Positions 1-9,310 of a stretch of DNA of 64,000 bases are shown here, one piece after another. The notes beneath the pieces were generated by a model, which did no database searches, was not told the DNA's origin, and saw nothing but the letters and a program-made list of their open reading frames with translations. Every line of letters begins with the position of its first letter. Position 1 is the stretch's first letter. The position numbers and the translations under genes were made by a program. This stretch comes from Escherichia coli (GTDB taxonomy: Bacteria; Pseudomonadota; Gammaproteobacteria; Enterobacterales; Enterobacteriaceae), in assembly GCA_009729775.1 (NCBI GenBank), contig GCA_009729775.1_4081.1, one strand, 5' to 3'.

Positions 1-765
1 ATTCATGAAAATGATGGTTTATATGTTCCAGATAACACTATTAATTATCAAGGTGGAACTGGTATATCAATAACCTCTAATTTAATATCAACAAAAATAA
101 GCACAACTCCCGGCAATAGTTTAACATCTGATAGTACTGGATTATTTGTACCTAGTAGTTCATCTTCATATACTGCTGGTAATGGAATATCGATTAACAG
201 TAATGTGATTTCATCTAAAATAAGTAATACATCTGGTAATATATTAACATCTGATAGTACTGGGCTGTTTGTTAATGGCACTAATACTACTAATTTAGTT
301 CGTAGAAAAAGAGAACTATATTATTCAAACTTAAATATACAATTTACTGATGGTATTGAACAAAATTTAATTCAAATACTCAAGTCATTGACACCAACAA
401 GCGGAACACTAGATACATTCTTTAACACTACTAGTAATAAACTAAATGTTTATAATTTTAACTCATCACTCAACTTTAAATTGAATATATATGGAACATG
501 GACGACAAGTTCATCTAATATGAGTTTTGCTATAAATTTTACAAATACACAATTTAATAATATTAATCAAGTTAGAACACCAACTATTACTGTTGATACT
601 ATATCATTTAATACATTTTTAAGTGTTGATGAAAATGGTAACCTAGTAACTAATGGAACACCTATTACGTTAATGTCACATGGTGGCAAGTTTACAGTTA
701 CTAATTTATTATTAATTGCTGAGCAAATCGTTCCACCTTCAATGAGTGGGGTTTCTGTAGTTTAA
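1..765 (+). CDS. tail-fibre-like repeat protein, 5'-truncated by window edge
   Basis: Frame +1 open from nt 1 to stop 763-765; tandem repeats of motif G-x-G-I-S-I-x-S-N-x-I-S-x-K-I-S-x-T-x-G-N-x-L-T-S-D-S-T-G-L-F-V; S/T/N-rich composition typical of fibres. Confidence 0.55.
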   Translation: MHENDGLYVPDNTINYQGGTGISITSNLISTKISTTPGNSLTSDSTGLFVPSSSSSYTAGNGISINSNVISSKISNTSGNILTSDSTGLFVNGTNTTNLVRRKRELYYSNLNIQFTDGIEQNLIQILKSLTPTSGTLDTFFNTTSNKLNVYNFNSSLNFKLNIYGTWTTSSSNMSFAINFTNTQFNNINQVRTPTITVDTISFNTFLSVDENGNLVTNGTPITLMSHGGKFTVTNLLLIAEQIVPPSMSGVSVV

Positions 766-811
766 TAACATATTAAGGTCAAGTCTATGCTTGGCCTTTT
801 CTTTTAACTAA

Positions 812-819
812 AATAAATA
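812..819 (+). promoter_or_regulatory. late-promoter-like AATAAATA element
   Basis: AATAAATA about 34 nt upstream of ATG 853, GAGGAAA Shine-Dalgarno before the ATG; matches NATAAATA class of T4-type late promoters. Confidence 0.35.
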
Positions 820-852
820 CATCATATAAATCTATTCTGAGGAAATATTTAA

Positions 853-2817
853 ATGAGTATAAATCGAATTAGAGGTGATGGTGGTGTAATTATTGATAGT
901 AAATCTTTTTTAGAGTTACCGAAAGCACCATCAAAAGAAACCGCTGATGTAATAAGATCAGGGATGATTAGATACAATAAGGAATGGAAATCATTTGAAG
1001 GTGTTCTGGATTTTGAAGATGGTACTATGGCATATCGCCGCTTTGCAAACTTAGATGCAAATGGTAAACTTCTTACTTCCCAATTACCAGATTCAGTAAC
1101 TAGTGGTTTGCAGTTTGTTGGTACATATAATCCTATTCCAGATGATATTGACCCACCTTTAGCACAAACGCCACTACCAGCACCATCAGCATCACTAAAT
1201 GGTGATTATTATGTTGTTCGTGGTATTATGGATGCAGCACAAGCACACTTTGAAGCAAATAACCCACAAACAAGTCCGGTTACATTTACACCTACGAACC
1301 CAACTGGTCAAGGTAATTGGATTGAAATTTTATATTATGTTGACTCCAATCCAAATATATCTGGTGCTAAACTTGTAACATACGCTTTTGCAAGAATTAT
1401 TACTGCATCTATTCCTAGTACTGGTCATGATGGTCTTAAAAATTTAGCAACAGATGCTGACTTAACCAAACCATTTGCTTCAGGCGTTCCAATGAACCAA
1501 ACCGCACTATCAGATGGTGATTGGATCATTATAACTGAAGATAAAAACATACGTCTACGCCAGTCAAGAACAAGCATTTCTGCTGCTTCTGTATTATATG
1601 ACAATACAGTAATGATTGCAAACCATCGTCAATTTAGAACGAACGCAGGAACCGTACAAACATCCATAGATAACGTTGTGATTGAATGTTTACGTAGAAC
1701 TGGTGATTCCATGTATAATGATGGAACAAGCGGCTCAGGGCGTTTTGGTGTGGTGTATGGTAGTGCAGCAGCACCAGCATTGACATTTAATAACAATCCA
1801 TTTGATCCAACCAATAACCCAGGTAATGACCCAGCTAAGTGGTCCGATGCTAATACTGGTATATTTCATCCAGCCGATGACGCAATTGGGTTCAGTACTG
1901 CTGGTACAGAACGTGTTCGAATTAATAATTCAACACTAACATTATATCAATCAACATCAACACCTGCATCAACACCAGTACTAAGATTTGATAATGCAAC
2001 TAATACTAATGTGGGATTAAGTGCTAGTAGTAATATTATTTCATTTAGTTCAATGAATAAAGTTCAAGTTGAATTTAAAAATGGCGAAAGTGCGTTTCAT
2101 GGTAATATTGTTGTTGATGGTACAAGTACATTAACTGGGGATACATCAGCTAGTAATATAACTGCTAGTGGTAATTTAAACATTCAAGGTAATACCACAT
2201 TAGGTGATGCTGCATCAGATACCATTACAGTTAATGGTGTTAGTACTTTTACAGCTAATACTAATTTTAATGGAACAACTAATAAATTTAAAAATATAAA
2301 TCTATTAGCTAATGGTATAATTACATTAGAAAGTACTACTAATCAAAGTACAATCCAATTAGTTAGTTCTGATTTAAAACTATCAATGGGTAATTATGCT
2401 GATGTAAGTATCTATGATAATGGAACTATAAGAACACGTTTTAATAGATATGGTATCCAATTACCAGTACTAGCTACTATTGATAACTCTGTTGGCGTTG
2501 ATGGTATGATTGCATACTCCAATACCGAGCGTACTTCAATGCAAAAAGTTCAAGGTCAATGGGTTCCAATTGGTTCAGGTTCAGTGAGAACCGATGCTTT
2601 TACCATTTCATCTTGGGTATTAAGTGGTGACTACTACACCCTTACTGTAACAGCCTCAAACATCGTCACAGCAGAGATACAGGAACAGGTTAGTCCTGGT
2701 GTCTATACTCGTGTTGAGGTCGATAGCGTGACGTTTAACGGCACTAACGTAGTGTTCAGTATACCTTCAACACCTGATGTACGTTTCGACGGAAGAACAT
2801 TGGTAACAATTAGATAA
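853..2817 (+). CDS. tail fibre / receptor-binding-like structural protein (654 aa)
   Basis: Long ORF with SD; S/T/N/G-rich with beta-rich repeat-like stretches; adjacent to other fibre-like gene; no enzymatic motif seen. Confidence 0.55.
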   Translation: MSINRIRGDGGVIIDSKSFLELPKAPSKETADVIRSGMIRYNKEWKSFEGVLDFEDGTMAYRRFANLDANGKLLTSQLPDSVTSGLQFVGTYNPIPDDIDPPLAQTPLPAPSASLNGDYYVVRGIMDAAQAHFEANNPQTSPVTFTPTNPTGQGNWIEILYYVDSNPNISGAKLVTYAFARIITASIPSTGHDGLKNLATDADLTKPFASGVPMNQTALSDGDWIIITEDKNIRLRQSRTSISAASVLYDNTVMIANHRQFRTNAGTVQTSIDNVVIECLRRTGDSMYNDGTSGSGRFGVVYGSAAAPALTFNNNPFDPTNNPGNDPAKWSDANTGIFHPADDAIGFSTAGTERVRINNSTLTLYQSTSTPASTPVLRFDNATNTNVGLSASSNIISFSSMNKVQVEFKNGESAFHGNIVVDGTSTLTGDTSASNITASGNLNIQGNTTLGDAASDTITVNGVSTFTANTNFNGTTNKFKNINLLANGIITLESTTNQSTIQLVSSDLKLSMGNYADVSIYDNGTIRTRFNRYGIQLPVLATIDNSVGVDGMIAYSNTERTSMQKVQGQWVPIGSGSVRTDAFTISSWVLSGDYYTLTVTASNIVTAEIQEQVSPGVYTRVEVDSVTFNGTNVVFSIPSTPDVRFDGRTLVTIR

Positions 2818-2824
2818 TAAAAAA

Positions 2825-2844
2825 GGGAGAACTGATGTTCTCCC
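2825..2844. terminator. bidirectional rho-independent terminator between convergent genes
   Basis: Perfect 8-bp stem GGGAGAAC/GTTCTCCC with 4-nt loop, flanked by AAAA upstream and TTTTCTTTT downstream; lies between plus-strand stop 2817 and minus-strand stop 2852. Confidence 0.7.
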
Positions 2845-2851
2845 TTTTCTT

Positions 2852-3781
2852 TTATACAGCCATCGGTGCTTTAATTGTTGGCATTGGATTGTAATTCACT
2901 AATTTGAAAGAATCCATTGTGAAATCTTCAATATTAGTAATTGTAGGATCAAGCCATAATTCAGGTAATTCACGAGGTTTTCTCTGTAGTTGTTCTTTTA
3001 CTTGTTCAACGTGGTTTTTATAAATGTGGCAATCACCACCATTCCAAATAAATTCTCCAACATCTAAACCAGTAATTTGTGCAATCATATGAGTTAGTAG
3101 TGAATAACTACTGATATTAAATGGAACTCCCAAAAATAGATCAGCGGATCTTTGATGTAGAATGCAGCTTAGTTTCCCTTGTACTACACAAAATTGTACA
3201 AAGCTATGACAAGGTGGCAACGTCATATCATCAAGCTCACCAACGTTCCATGCACTTAGAATATGGCGACGACCATATGGATCGGACTTTATACCATTGA
3301 TTAGTTCCTGTAATTGGTCAGTTGTACGTTTCATAACAACACCATGTGAACCAGTATAATCGATAACTTTGTATCCTTTATCTTTTAATTCTTGAATTTC
3401 TTCAGTACTGGAACTAAATTTATAATCTTCCCATTCACGCCATTGCTTACCATACACTGGACCTAACTCACCATCAGTATAACCAAGAGCAACGCCTTGA
3501 TTTAGGTAATTATCTGTCCAAATAGTTTTCTTTTCTGTATCACGAGTTCCATGCAAAATTTCACAAAGGCGACGCTCATCATGGGAACCTTCAATAAACC
3601 ATAGTAATTCTGAAGTCATTGCTTTCCAAGCTAGACGTTTTGTCGTCACTGCTGGGAAACCATCTTTAAGGTCAAAACGCATTTGTTGACCGATAAGTTT
3701 GATTGTTCCAACACCAGTACGGTCAACGCTTTCTACGCCTTCATCTAGAATTTTTTGATATAGTTCTTGTAGTTGTTTCAT
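2852..3781 (-). CDS. thyA: thymidylate synthase
   Basis: 309 aa; active-site motif LPPCHSFVQF and overall ThyA-like sequence; uninterrupted (no intron). Confidence 0.93.
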   Translation of the reverse strand: MKQLQELYQKILDEGVESVDRTGVGTIKLIGQQMRFDLKDGFPAVTTKRLAWKAMTSELLWFIEGSHDERRLCEILHGTRDTEKKTIWTDNYLNQGVALGYTDGELGPVYGKQWREWEDYKFSSSTEEIQELKDKGYKVIDYTGSHGVVMKRTTDQLQELINGIKSDPYGRRHILSAWNVGELDDMTLPPCHSFVQFCVVQGKLSCILHQRSADLFLGVPFNISSYSLLTHMIAQITGLDVGEFIWNGGDCHIYKNHVEQVKEQLQRKPRELPELWLDPTITNIEDFTMDSFKLVNYNPMPTIKAPMAV

Positions 3782-4374
3782 TATTCTTCCTTGAAAAATG
3801 TAATAAAATGTTCCATATGTTTTTCTGTGGCATTGCGTGAACCAATACCAGTCCAGTTACCATGTGGTGCTGGAACGACGAATGTTTGTGTGAACTCTTT
3901 CAGTACTGTATCGAAATAAAATACTGAACGTGAATTCATATCATAACAATAAATTTCAGGATTTTCAACTGAATCCATATACATCTGTACTGCCCATGCA
4001 GTACCACCACTTACCTTAGTTGGTGATGTGATATTTGCAATACAATATATTCTTTCTGTATTAAGTATCTGATAACTATTCCTTGCAAGTAAGTTGTAAA
4101 CATAAGAACCTGGCTTTGGTACTTTTCGCTGCAACGAGTAACATGCAATGTTTAGTTGATTTAATATAGAAATATCAGATAGAATATTGGATGGTATTTC
4201 TAATATAGTACTTTCATCTACACTATGCTCATGACCTTTGAATGAAAAATTAATAACTTCAAATCCATTATTTTTTGCATAGATAGAAAAAAGGCGGTCA
4301 GCACCTGCTGCCCCGCCACTAAAACATACATTAGATAAACCTTTAATTGCTTCATCTAATTCATTCTTTTTCAT
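3781..4374 (-). CDS. hypothetical protein, possible SLOG/YpsA-like nucleotide-binding fold
   Basis: 197 aa; Gly-rich motif CFSGGAAGADRL near N-terminus resembling Rossmann-type SLOG motif; assignment weak. Confidence 0.5.
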   Translation of the reverse strand: MKKNELDEAIKGLSNVCFSGGAAGADRLFSIYAKNNGFEVINFSFKGHEHSVDESTILEIPSNILSDISILNQLNIACYSLQRKVPKPGSYVYNLLARNSYQILNTERIYCIANITSPTKVSGGTAWAVQMYMDSVENPEIYCYDMNSRSVFYFDTVLKEFTQTFVVPAPHGNWTGIGSRNATEKHMEHFITFFKEE

Positions 4375-4377
4375 ATT

Positions 4378-5034
4378 TTATTTTGCTTTACGTTCTGCAA
4401 ATAGTTGTTTTACTTTCTCAATAGCTTTAGTCTGTGAAATACCTTCTGGAATTTCTAGATAAATTGTTTTACTATCTTTCGGTTGTTCAACAACTTGTGT
4501 TTGCGGACGCAAGCTTGGCTCTAAATTGTATGCACGTTCATAATGTTCTTTAGCCAGTTTTTCATATTTTTGTGCATCAGTGAGAAGTTGTTCTACAATA
4601 GTAGCTTCTTCTACTTTAGTGTCTGCTTCTTGTGGATTGAATGGGTTAAAGTCTTTTACTTTACCATCTTCTTGTACTTTCGCTTGATTTTCATCTAATG
4701 CTTTGTTTAGAACATCAAGAGAAATTTTATTATTACCACCAGTGTGCATATCAATATCACAAGTACGAACGCGACGTAGATGCTGCATGTTGTGTAGAAC
4801 ATCTAGCATTTTGCGTCCATCGAGATAACCAATTTTATGCATTACTTCCCACAAATCAATATTAGATTGACCATGACCCATAACAATATCAGTTACTGCG
4901 TGTACATATGCTTCTGGTAGTGAATCACGATAAACGATAAGGCAGTGTTCAGGATCATCTGGTAGTGAACGCCAAACAACAAAAACACGAGAACCTGTAT
5001 TACGCATTACACCAACATGACGAATAGCTGCCAT
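4378..5034 (-). CDS. hypothetical protein (218 aa)
   Basis: ORF tightly packed with co-oriented neighbours; no recognisable motif. Confidence 0.5.
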   Translation of the reverse strand: MAAIRHVGVMRNTGSRVFVVWRSLPDDPEHCLIVYRDSLPEAYVHAVTDIVMGHGQSNIDLWEVMHKIGYLDGRKMLDVLHNMQHLRRVRTCDIDMHTGGNNKISLDVLNKALDENQAKVQEDGKVKDFNPFNPQEADTKVEEATIVEQLLTDAQKYEKLAKEHYERAYNLEPSLRPQTQVVEQPKDSKTIYLEIPEGISQTKAIEKVKQLFAERKAK

Positions 5035-5036
5035 AA

Positions 5037-5282
5037 TTATTCTCCTTTATCTTCTTGAGTTTCACTATCTTGTGATTCAGCTTCTTCTTTAGCTGCATCT
5101 TCTTGTGCTTTAATATCTTCAAGAGCTACATTTGCAAAAGAAACAAATTTAGATACAACTGGAGCAACCTCAACAAGTTCTTCAACTTTAAAGGTGTTTC
5201 GTGCAACAGCAGCTTCCATGATTTTTGCAGCATTGATTAGGTCTAGAAGGGTTAGTTGAATTTGATTATTTTCTTGTTCCAT
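5037..5282 (-). CDS. small acidic hypothetical protein
   Basis: Track ORF 5037..5297; second Met at 5282 is preferred because GGAGAG lies 9 nt upstream of it. Confidence 0.45.
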   Translation of the reverse strand: MEQENNQIQLTLLDLINAAKIMEAAVARNTFKVEELVEVAPVVSKFVSFANVALEDIKAQEDAAKEEAESQDSETQEDKGE

Positions 5283-5316
5283 TTTAATACTCTCCATGTA
5301 TATTGGTACATTAACT

Positions 5317-5325
5317 ATTATATCA
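5317..5325 (-). promoter_or_regulatory. sigma70-like extended -10 promoter (TGATATAAT)
   Basis: Minus-strand TGnTATAAT located between terminator 5358-5379 and start 5282. Confidence 0.4.
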
Positions 5326-5357
5326 TATTTTTATAAGTTGTCCCACTTATAAAAGAA

Positions 5358-5379
5358 GAGAACGGAAAATTCCGTTCTC
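5358..5379 (-). terminator. rho-independent terminator after VWA gene
   Basis: Stem GAGAACGG/CCGTTCTC with 6-nt loop, followed on minus strand by TTCTTTTAT; immediately downstream of stop 5392. Confidence 0.6.
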
Positions 5380-5391
5380 ATTATTTAGTAC

Positions 5392-6816
5392 TTAACTACG
5401 TTGACGCTTTTTATCAGCTTCATATTCGTAGTGTACAGTCTCACCAAATGGTGCAACTTTATTTGGGTTACTGTGAATCACGAACAGTGTTTTACAGTAG
5501 TTTGGATCACCCCATGACTGCCACGGTTCACCATCAGTAAACATTACAAGCTGTTTAGGCTTGTAGTTGTCGTTCTTCATATGAACCCATACTGCTTCAA
5601 AGTCAGTACCACCACCACCTTTTACTGGATATTCCAGAATCTTACGTTCTTCGCCAGTTTTGTAATCCTTTACAGTATAAACTTCAGTATCAAAAGTCAT
5701 GATACGAATCTTAAACTGTTTGAATTGTTTAGTGATGCCAAGAACTTCACTAATGAAATCACGAAGCATATCTTCAGAAATAGACCCAGAAGCATCTAGT
5801 GCAATCGCAATATCAATATCATCATCTGGTTTCATCCCTGGGTAAATTGGATTACCATAGAATGAACCATTAGAACCAAAACCTGCACCCCAAGAACGAC
5901 GATTAGGATTTTGATATGTTGCATCAGACTTCAACCAACTACGAAGTGTACGTTGAAGTTTTGAACGCCAGTCAATCTTTGGTTCTTTAAAGTTGTTAAT
6001 CATACGAGCGATTTCTGCTGGTGTACCACCTGCACGAGCAGCATTCATCATTGCTGTTTTGAAATCATCCATGTAATCACGTTTTTGCTGTTCACTTGAA
6101 CCACCCTCTTGACCTTCTTGTGGAACGTCATGCTGGTCAATGGTAGTACCTTTTGGTTTACCCTTACCATCTTTAATATCGCCAAAAGTACCGCGATTTT
6201 TACCTTCACCTTCGCCACCACCACTTTGTGGTTGACCTTCACCTTCACCATCTTCTTTTTGTTCTTCTTCTTCAAGAAGAATGTAAATCTCTTCTGCGGT
6301 CATACCTTCATATTTTTTATCATACAACCATGAACTTTGGATTTTTCCAATTTTCTCACGAACGATGATTTGGTTAATGGCATAATCCGCTGCACGGTTA
6401 TAACGTTGTGGATCACGCATACCACGACGAAGGAAGTGATCGTAAGCACAGTGTAGAATTTCATGACAAATTACAGCAATAAGGTTTTCATCAGTCAAAC
6501 CTTCAGTCATTTCTTTTAATTGTTCGTCTGTAACTTCAGGATGCTTTTCACGAATAGCTTCTTCATATTCTTTCTTTTTAGATGGGTCTTGAATACCCAT
6601 TACAAATTCTACGTTGTAGAATAGATGTTTACCATCAACTGCTAGAGTACGACACCATGTATTATTAGCAACTGGACGTAAACGTGAAGCGAGTACACCA
6701 AAGAATGGTGCAGTTAACATCAAAGATGTACGAGCCAGAACCAGACGATCTTGACATTCTTTCTGGAGTGCCGGAGATACTTCATTGAATCTGGAAGTAG
6801 ATTTGTTATCTGACAT
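5392..6816 (-). CDS. VWA-domain protein with N-terminal HExxH metallopeptidase-like region
   Basis: 474 aa; HEILH motif; C-terminal MIDAS-like DASGS motif (IALDASGSISEDM); Gly/Glu-rich linker; partner of upstream AAA+ ATPase. Confidence 0.8.
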   Translation of the reverse strand: MSDNKSTSRFNEVSPALQKECQDRLVLARTSLMLTAPFFGVLASRLRPVANNTWCRTLAVDGKHLFYNVEFVMGIQDPSKKKEYEEAIREKHPEVTDEQLKEMTEGLTDENLIAVICHEILHCAYDHFLRRGMRDPQRYNRAADYAINQIIVREKIGKIQSSWLYDKKYEGMTAEEIYILLEEEEQKEDGEGEGQPQSGGGEGEGKNRGTFGDIKDGKGKPKGTTIDQHDVPQEGQEGGSSEQQKRDYMDDFKTAMMNAARAGGTPAEIARMINNFKEPKIDWRSKLQRTLRSWLKSDATYQNPNRRSWGAGFGSNGSFYGNPIYPGMKPDDDIDIAIALDASGSISEDMLRDFISEVLGITKQFKQFKIRIMTFDTEVYTVKDYKTGEERKILEYPVKGGGGTDFEAVWVHMKNDNYKPKQLVMFTDGEPWQSWGDPNYCKTLFVIHSNPNKVAPFGETVHYEYEADKKRQRS

Positions 6817-6890
6817 GTATATTTCCTCGTTTAGTTAAGATAAAAGAAGGATACCATTAGGCATCCTTCTTGTCAACAACTCTTTGTTAA

Positions 6891-8216
6891 TTAGCCAAGA
6901 GAGCGTGCTTTACGTACAAGTTCAGAGTACTTAGCGATGAAATCTTTAAACGCTGGTACATCTTTAATGGAAATCGCAACCTTATGAAGCGTGATGGTAC
7001 GAATTGCCAGTACTGCCAGTTCTGCTTGAGTTGCAGAGAAGTTATGGTCTAGGAAGGTGATGAAGTTGTTACACAGTTTACCCCATTCTTCCACTGGTAG
7101 ACGTTGTTCTTGCTTCTCATTGAACAGGTCGATAATTTTATAAACCAAGTTCAGAGTGATAAAGTAGTTCGCAGAAATATCCAGAGTTGCGTCGATTTCT
7201 TTGATTTCACCAGACAGAATAGACATAGTATCTGGTAGTTTAGCAACGTTCTCAACGTACTCAATGTATTCAGTTGCAACACCTTCACCAACACGACCAG
7301 CAATCATTGCACGGAACACTTCTTTATCAATTGTCTTAGTTTTCTTGAGATCTTCGTAGCGTGCTACTGCTTCCCATGAACGTGGAGAAGTACCACCGCT
7401 GTGAGAAGGATCTTGTGGACTAAGTGTGTTAAAGTACTTAGAACCAGTGTTGTTGATGAACGCAACAGTTGCTGGGTTCAAACGTTTTGCAATCGCATAA
7501 TCGTTAATCCAATCTTGATGGTAAGGAATCATCTCAATGTGAGTCATACGGTCACGCAGTGGTGTAGCAAGAGAGAAAGTTACACCGCCATCAGTTTCAC
7601 GGTTACCTGCTGCAAGAATCAGTGCAGTCTTAGGTAGCTTCATCTCACCAACACAACGGTCGAGGATTAGCTGATAAGACGCTGCCTGAACAATAGGCAT
7701 TGCAGAGTTAATTTCGTCAAACAGAATAACACCTTTCCAATCTTCGGACAATTTCAGAACTTTAGGTGCAGCCCATACTACCGCAGTTTCAGCTACATAA
7801 TCTTTTGCTTCGGCAAGCTCAGATTCTTTCAGAAGAGAACCGTCAGTTTTACGGAAAAGCTTCTCTGGTACTGGAATACCGCGAAGGTCACTTGGTTCGA
7901 TTTGAGACAAACGGAAATCGATAAAGTTAGTATCTTGGTCGATTAGTTTTGCTTCAAATGCAGCCAGTTCACGGCGTAGCTGATCAGCATTTTCAGGGTC
8001 AGCTTCGATTTGTTGTTTCATGAACTCGATTTTAGCTACGTTATCTTTACGCAGTGGGTAATTTTCATCAGCATATTGACGAGCGATAGCAGACTTACCG
8101 ATACCTGGGCTACCCCAAATCATCAGGCTATCTTGAATCATGTCAGCCAGTGCCATTGCTTCTTTAGCTTTCTTTGGAGTCAGTTTAACGTTCAGGATAT
8201 CGTTTTGAGTAGTCAT
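6891..8216 (-). CDS. AAA+ ATPase, MoxR/CobS-like
   Basis: 441 aa; Walker A GSPGIGKS, Walker B ILFDEIN; AAA+ sensor region; adjacent VWA partner. Confidence 0.8.
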   Translation of the reverse strand: MTTQNDILNVKLTPKKAKEAMALADMIQDSLMIWGSPGIGKSAIARQYADENYPLRKDNVAKIEFMKQQIEADPENADQLRRELAAFEAKLIDQDTNFIDFRLSQIEPSDLRGIPVPEKLFRKTDGSLLKESELAEAKDYVAETAVVWAAPKVLKLSEDWKGVILFDEINSAMPIVQAASYQLILDRCVGEMKLPKTALILAAGNRETDGGVTFSLATPLRDRMTHIEMIPYHQDWINDYAIAKRLNPATVAFINNTGSKYFNTLSPQDPSHSGGTSPRSWEAVARYEDLKKTKTIDKEVFRAMIAGRVGEGVATEYIEYVENVAKLPDTMSILSGEIKEIDATLDISANYFITLNLVYKIIDLFNEKQEQRLPVEEWGKLCNNFITFLDHNFSATQAELAVLAIRTITLHKVAISIKDVPAFKDFIAKYSELVRKARSLG

Positions 8217-8257
8217 GTATATATTTCCTTTTGTTGGATAAAATCGTTTAAGTTTCT

Positions 8258-8286
8258 ATTATAGCCAATCCGTGGGCAAAAGTAAA
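8258..8286 (-). promoter_or_regulatory. sigma70 / T4-early-like promoter
   Basis: Minus strand: -35 (C)TTTACT, 17-bp spacer, -10 TATAAT, about 40 nt upstream of AAA+ ATPase start 8216. Confidence 0.45.
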
Positions 8287-8324
8287 GGAACTGTGTTAAA
8301 ATAATTTAACTTATCAGTTCCTTT
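8284..8324 (-). repeat. perfect 10-bp inverted repeat (stem-loop) overlapping promoter -35
   Basis: AAAGGAACTG ... CAGTTCCTTT with 21-nt loop; no adjacent T-run. Confidence 0.5.
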
Positions 8325-8529
8325 GTTACTTCATGAATCATCCGTGTGTTTAAAAGGTAAATCTCTTTGCTGTCTTGATGTGAACATTATATCACATCGT
8401 TTCAACTTGTCAATCACTTTTTTTCTTTTTTTTCAAACTCACATCTTGTGTCGCTTGAAAACTTTATGTCTGATGCTTATTGTATCACATCATTCTATCT
8501 TGTCAACATTTATTTTTAATTCATTTTTC

Positions 8530-8910
8530 TTACATATGAATAGAAAATAACTGTTTAAAATCATCACAACACAATGTTAATTCAGTTATTATCATTGCAT
8601 CTGTCAGATATATGTACTGACCTTCAACATAATAAGGTGAAGTACATATTCTGTCAAGTGATGTAAACATTATAGAACTTTTAAATTCTCTTTGCAAGGG
8701 GATTTTTGTAAATTCATAAAGATTATTTTCTTTACAAATTCCATACCCAAACTTGCTAAGACGTAAACCACCGCCAGTTCTGAAATTTTCAAAAATTGAC
8801 ATCAGAAGCATACGGTCTGTTATTTCTGAATCTGATTCATGTACTTCCCTAACTTTGGAAAGTACATTATTTTGATATTCAGTACTGTTATGTGATGGTT
8901 CTGGAAACAT
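8530..8910 (-). CDS. hypothetical protein (126 aa)
   Basis: ORF in track, co-oriented, no motif recognised. Confidence 0.45.
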   Translation of the reverse strand: MFPEPSHNSTEYQNNVLSKVREVHESDSEITDRMLLMSIFENFRTGGGLRLSKFGYGICKENNLYEFTKIPLQREFKSSIMFTSLDRICTSPYYVEGQYIYLTDAMIITELTLCCDDFKQLFSIHM

Positions 8911-8913
8911 ATA

Positions 8914-9309
8914 TTAGTCTCCAACAAAACCTTGACGTGCAGCATAAGATGGTGCACCAGGTTCATTATAGTGTTGTACACCTTCTTTGTCAATTGTTGG
9001 TCCCATACCTTCAGTACCAAAACAACCTGCAATGGCTTCCAACACTTCGTCATCAGCAACTTCAGTACTTTCATCATTATATCGAATATCAGACAAAATG
9101 TCACAGGCTTTTTGTAGTTTATCTACAATTTCTTTTTGGTCTTCACCAGATTTAATCTTATCAACAATGTTAATAAGACATTTGGTAATATCCTTAAGAA
9201 CATCAACTGCTACAACATCGGATTCAACTTCAACTGAAAAACTTTCGTCTTCATCTCTTCCGGTAATTTCGTCTAACGCTTCAACTAGTTCACGATAATT
9301 ATATTGCAT
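8914..9309 (-). CDS. hypothetical acidic protein (131 aa)
   Basis: ORF in track; acidic composition; 3-nt spacing to neighbours. Confidence 0.5.
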   Translation of the reverse strand: MQYNYRELVEALDEITGRDEDESFSVEVESDVVAVDVLKDITKCLINIVDKIKSGEDQKEIVDKLQKACDILSDIRYNDESTEVADDEVLEAIAGCFGTEGMGPTIDKEGVQHYNEPGAPSYAARQGFVGD

Positions 9310-9310
9310 A

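Noticed and set aside
48-281. Minus-strand ORF (77 aa) at the left edge
   Set aside because: Lies antisense inside the repeat-bearing plus-strand fibre gene; its repetitive protein mirrors the coding repeats on the other strand.
1629-1814. Minus-strand 61-aa ORF
   Set aside because: Entirely antisense within fibre gene 853..2817; no SD.
2852-3781. Group I intron in thymidylate synthase (as in T4 td)
   Set aside because: ThyA reads as one uninterrupted 309-aa frame with the active-site motif intact.
5581-6333. Three short ORFs (5581..5799 +, 6048..6275 -, 6109..6333 +)
   Set aside because: Embedded within or antisense to the VWA gene; low-complexity K/V/F-rich translations from its Gly/Glu-rich linker.
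7401-8264. Plus-strand ORFs 7401..7637 and 8010..8264
   Set aside because: Antisense to the AAA+ ATPase gene; no start signals.
8820-9298. Overlapping alternative-frame ORFs (8820..9104 -, 8892..9155 +, 8932..9117 +, 8987..9298 +)
   Set aside because: All overlap the better-supported genes 8530..8910 and 8914..9309; low-complexity translations.
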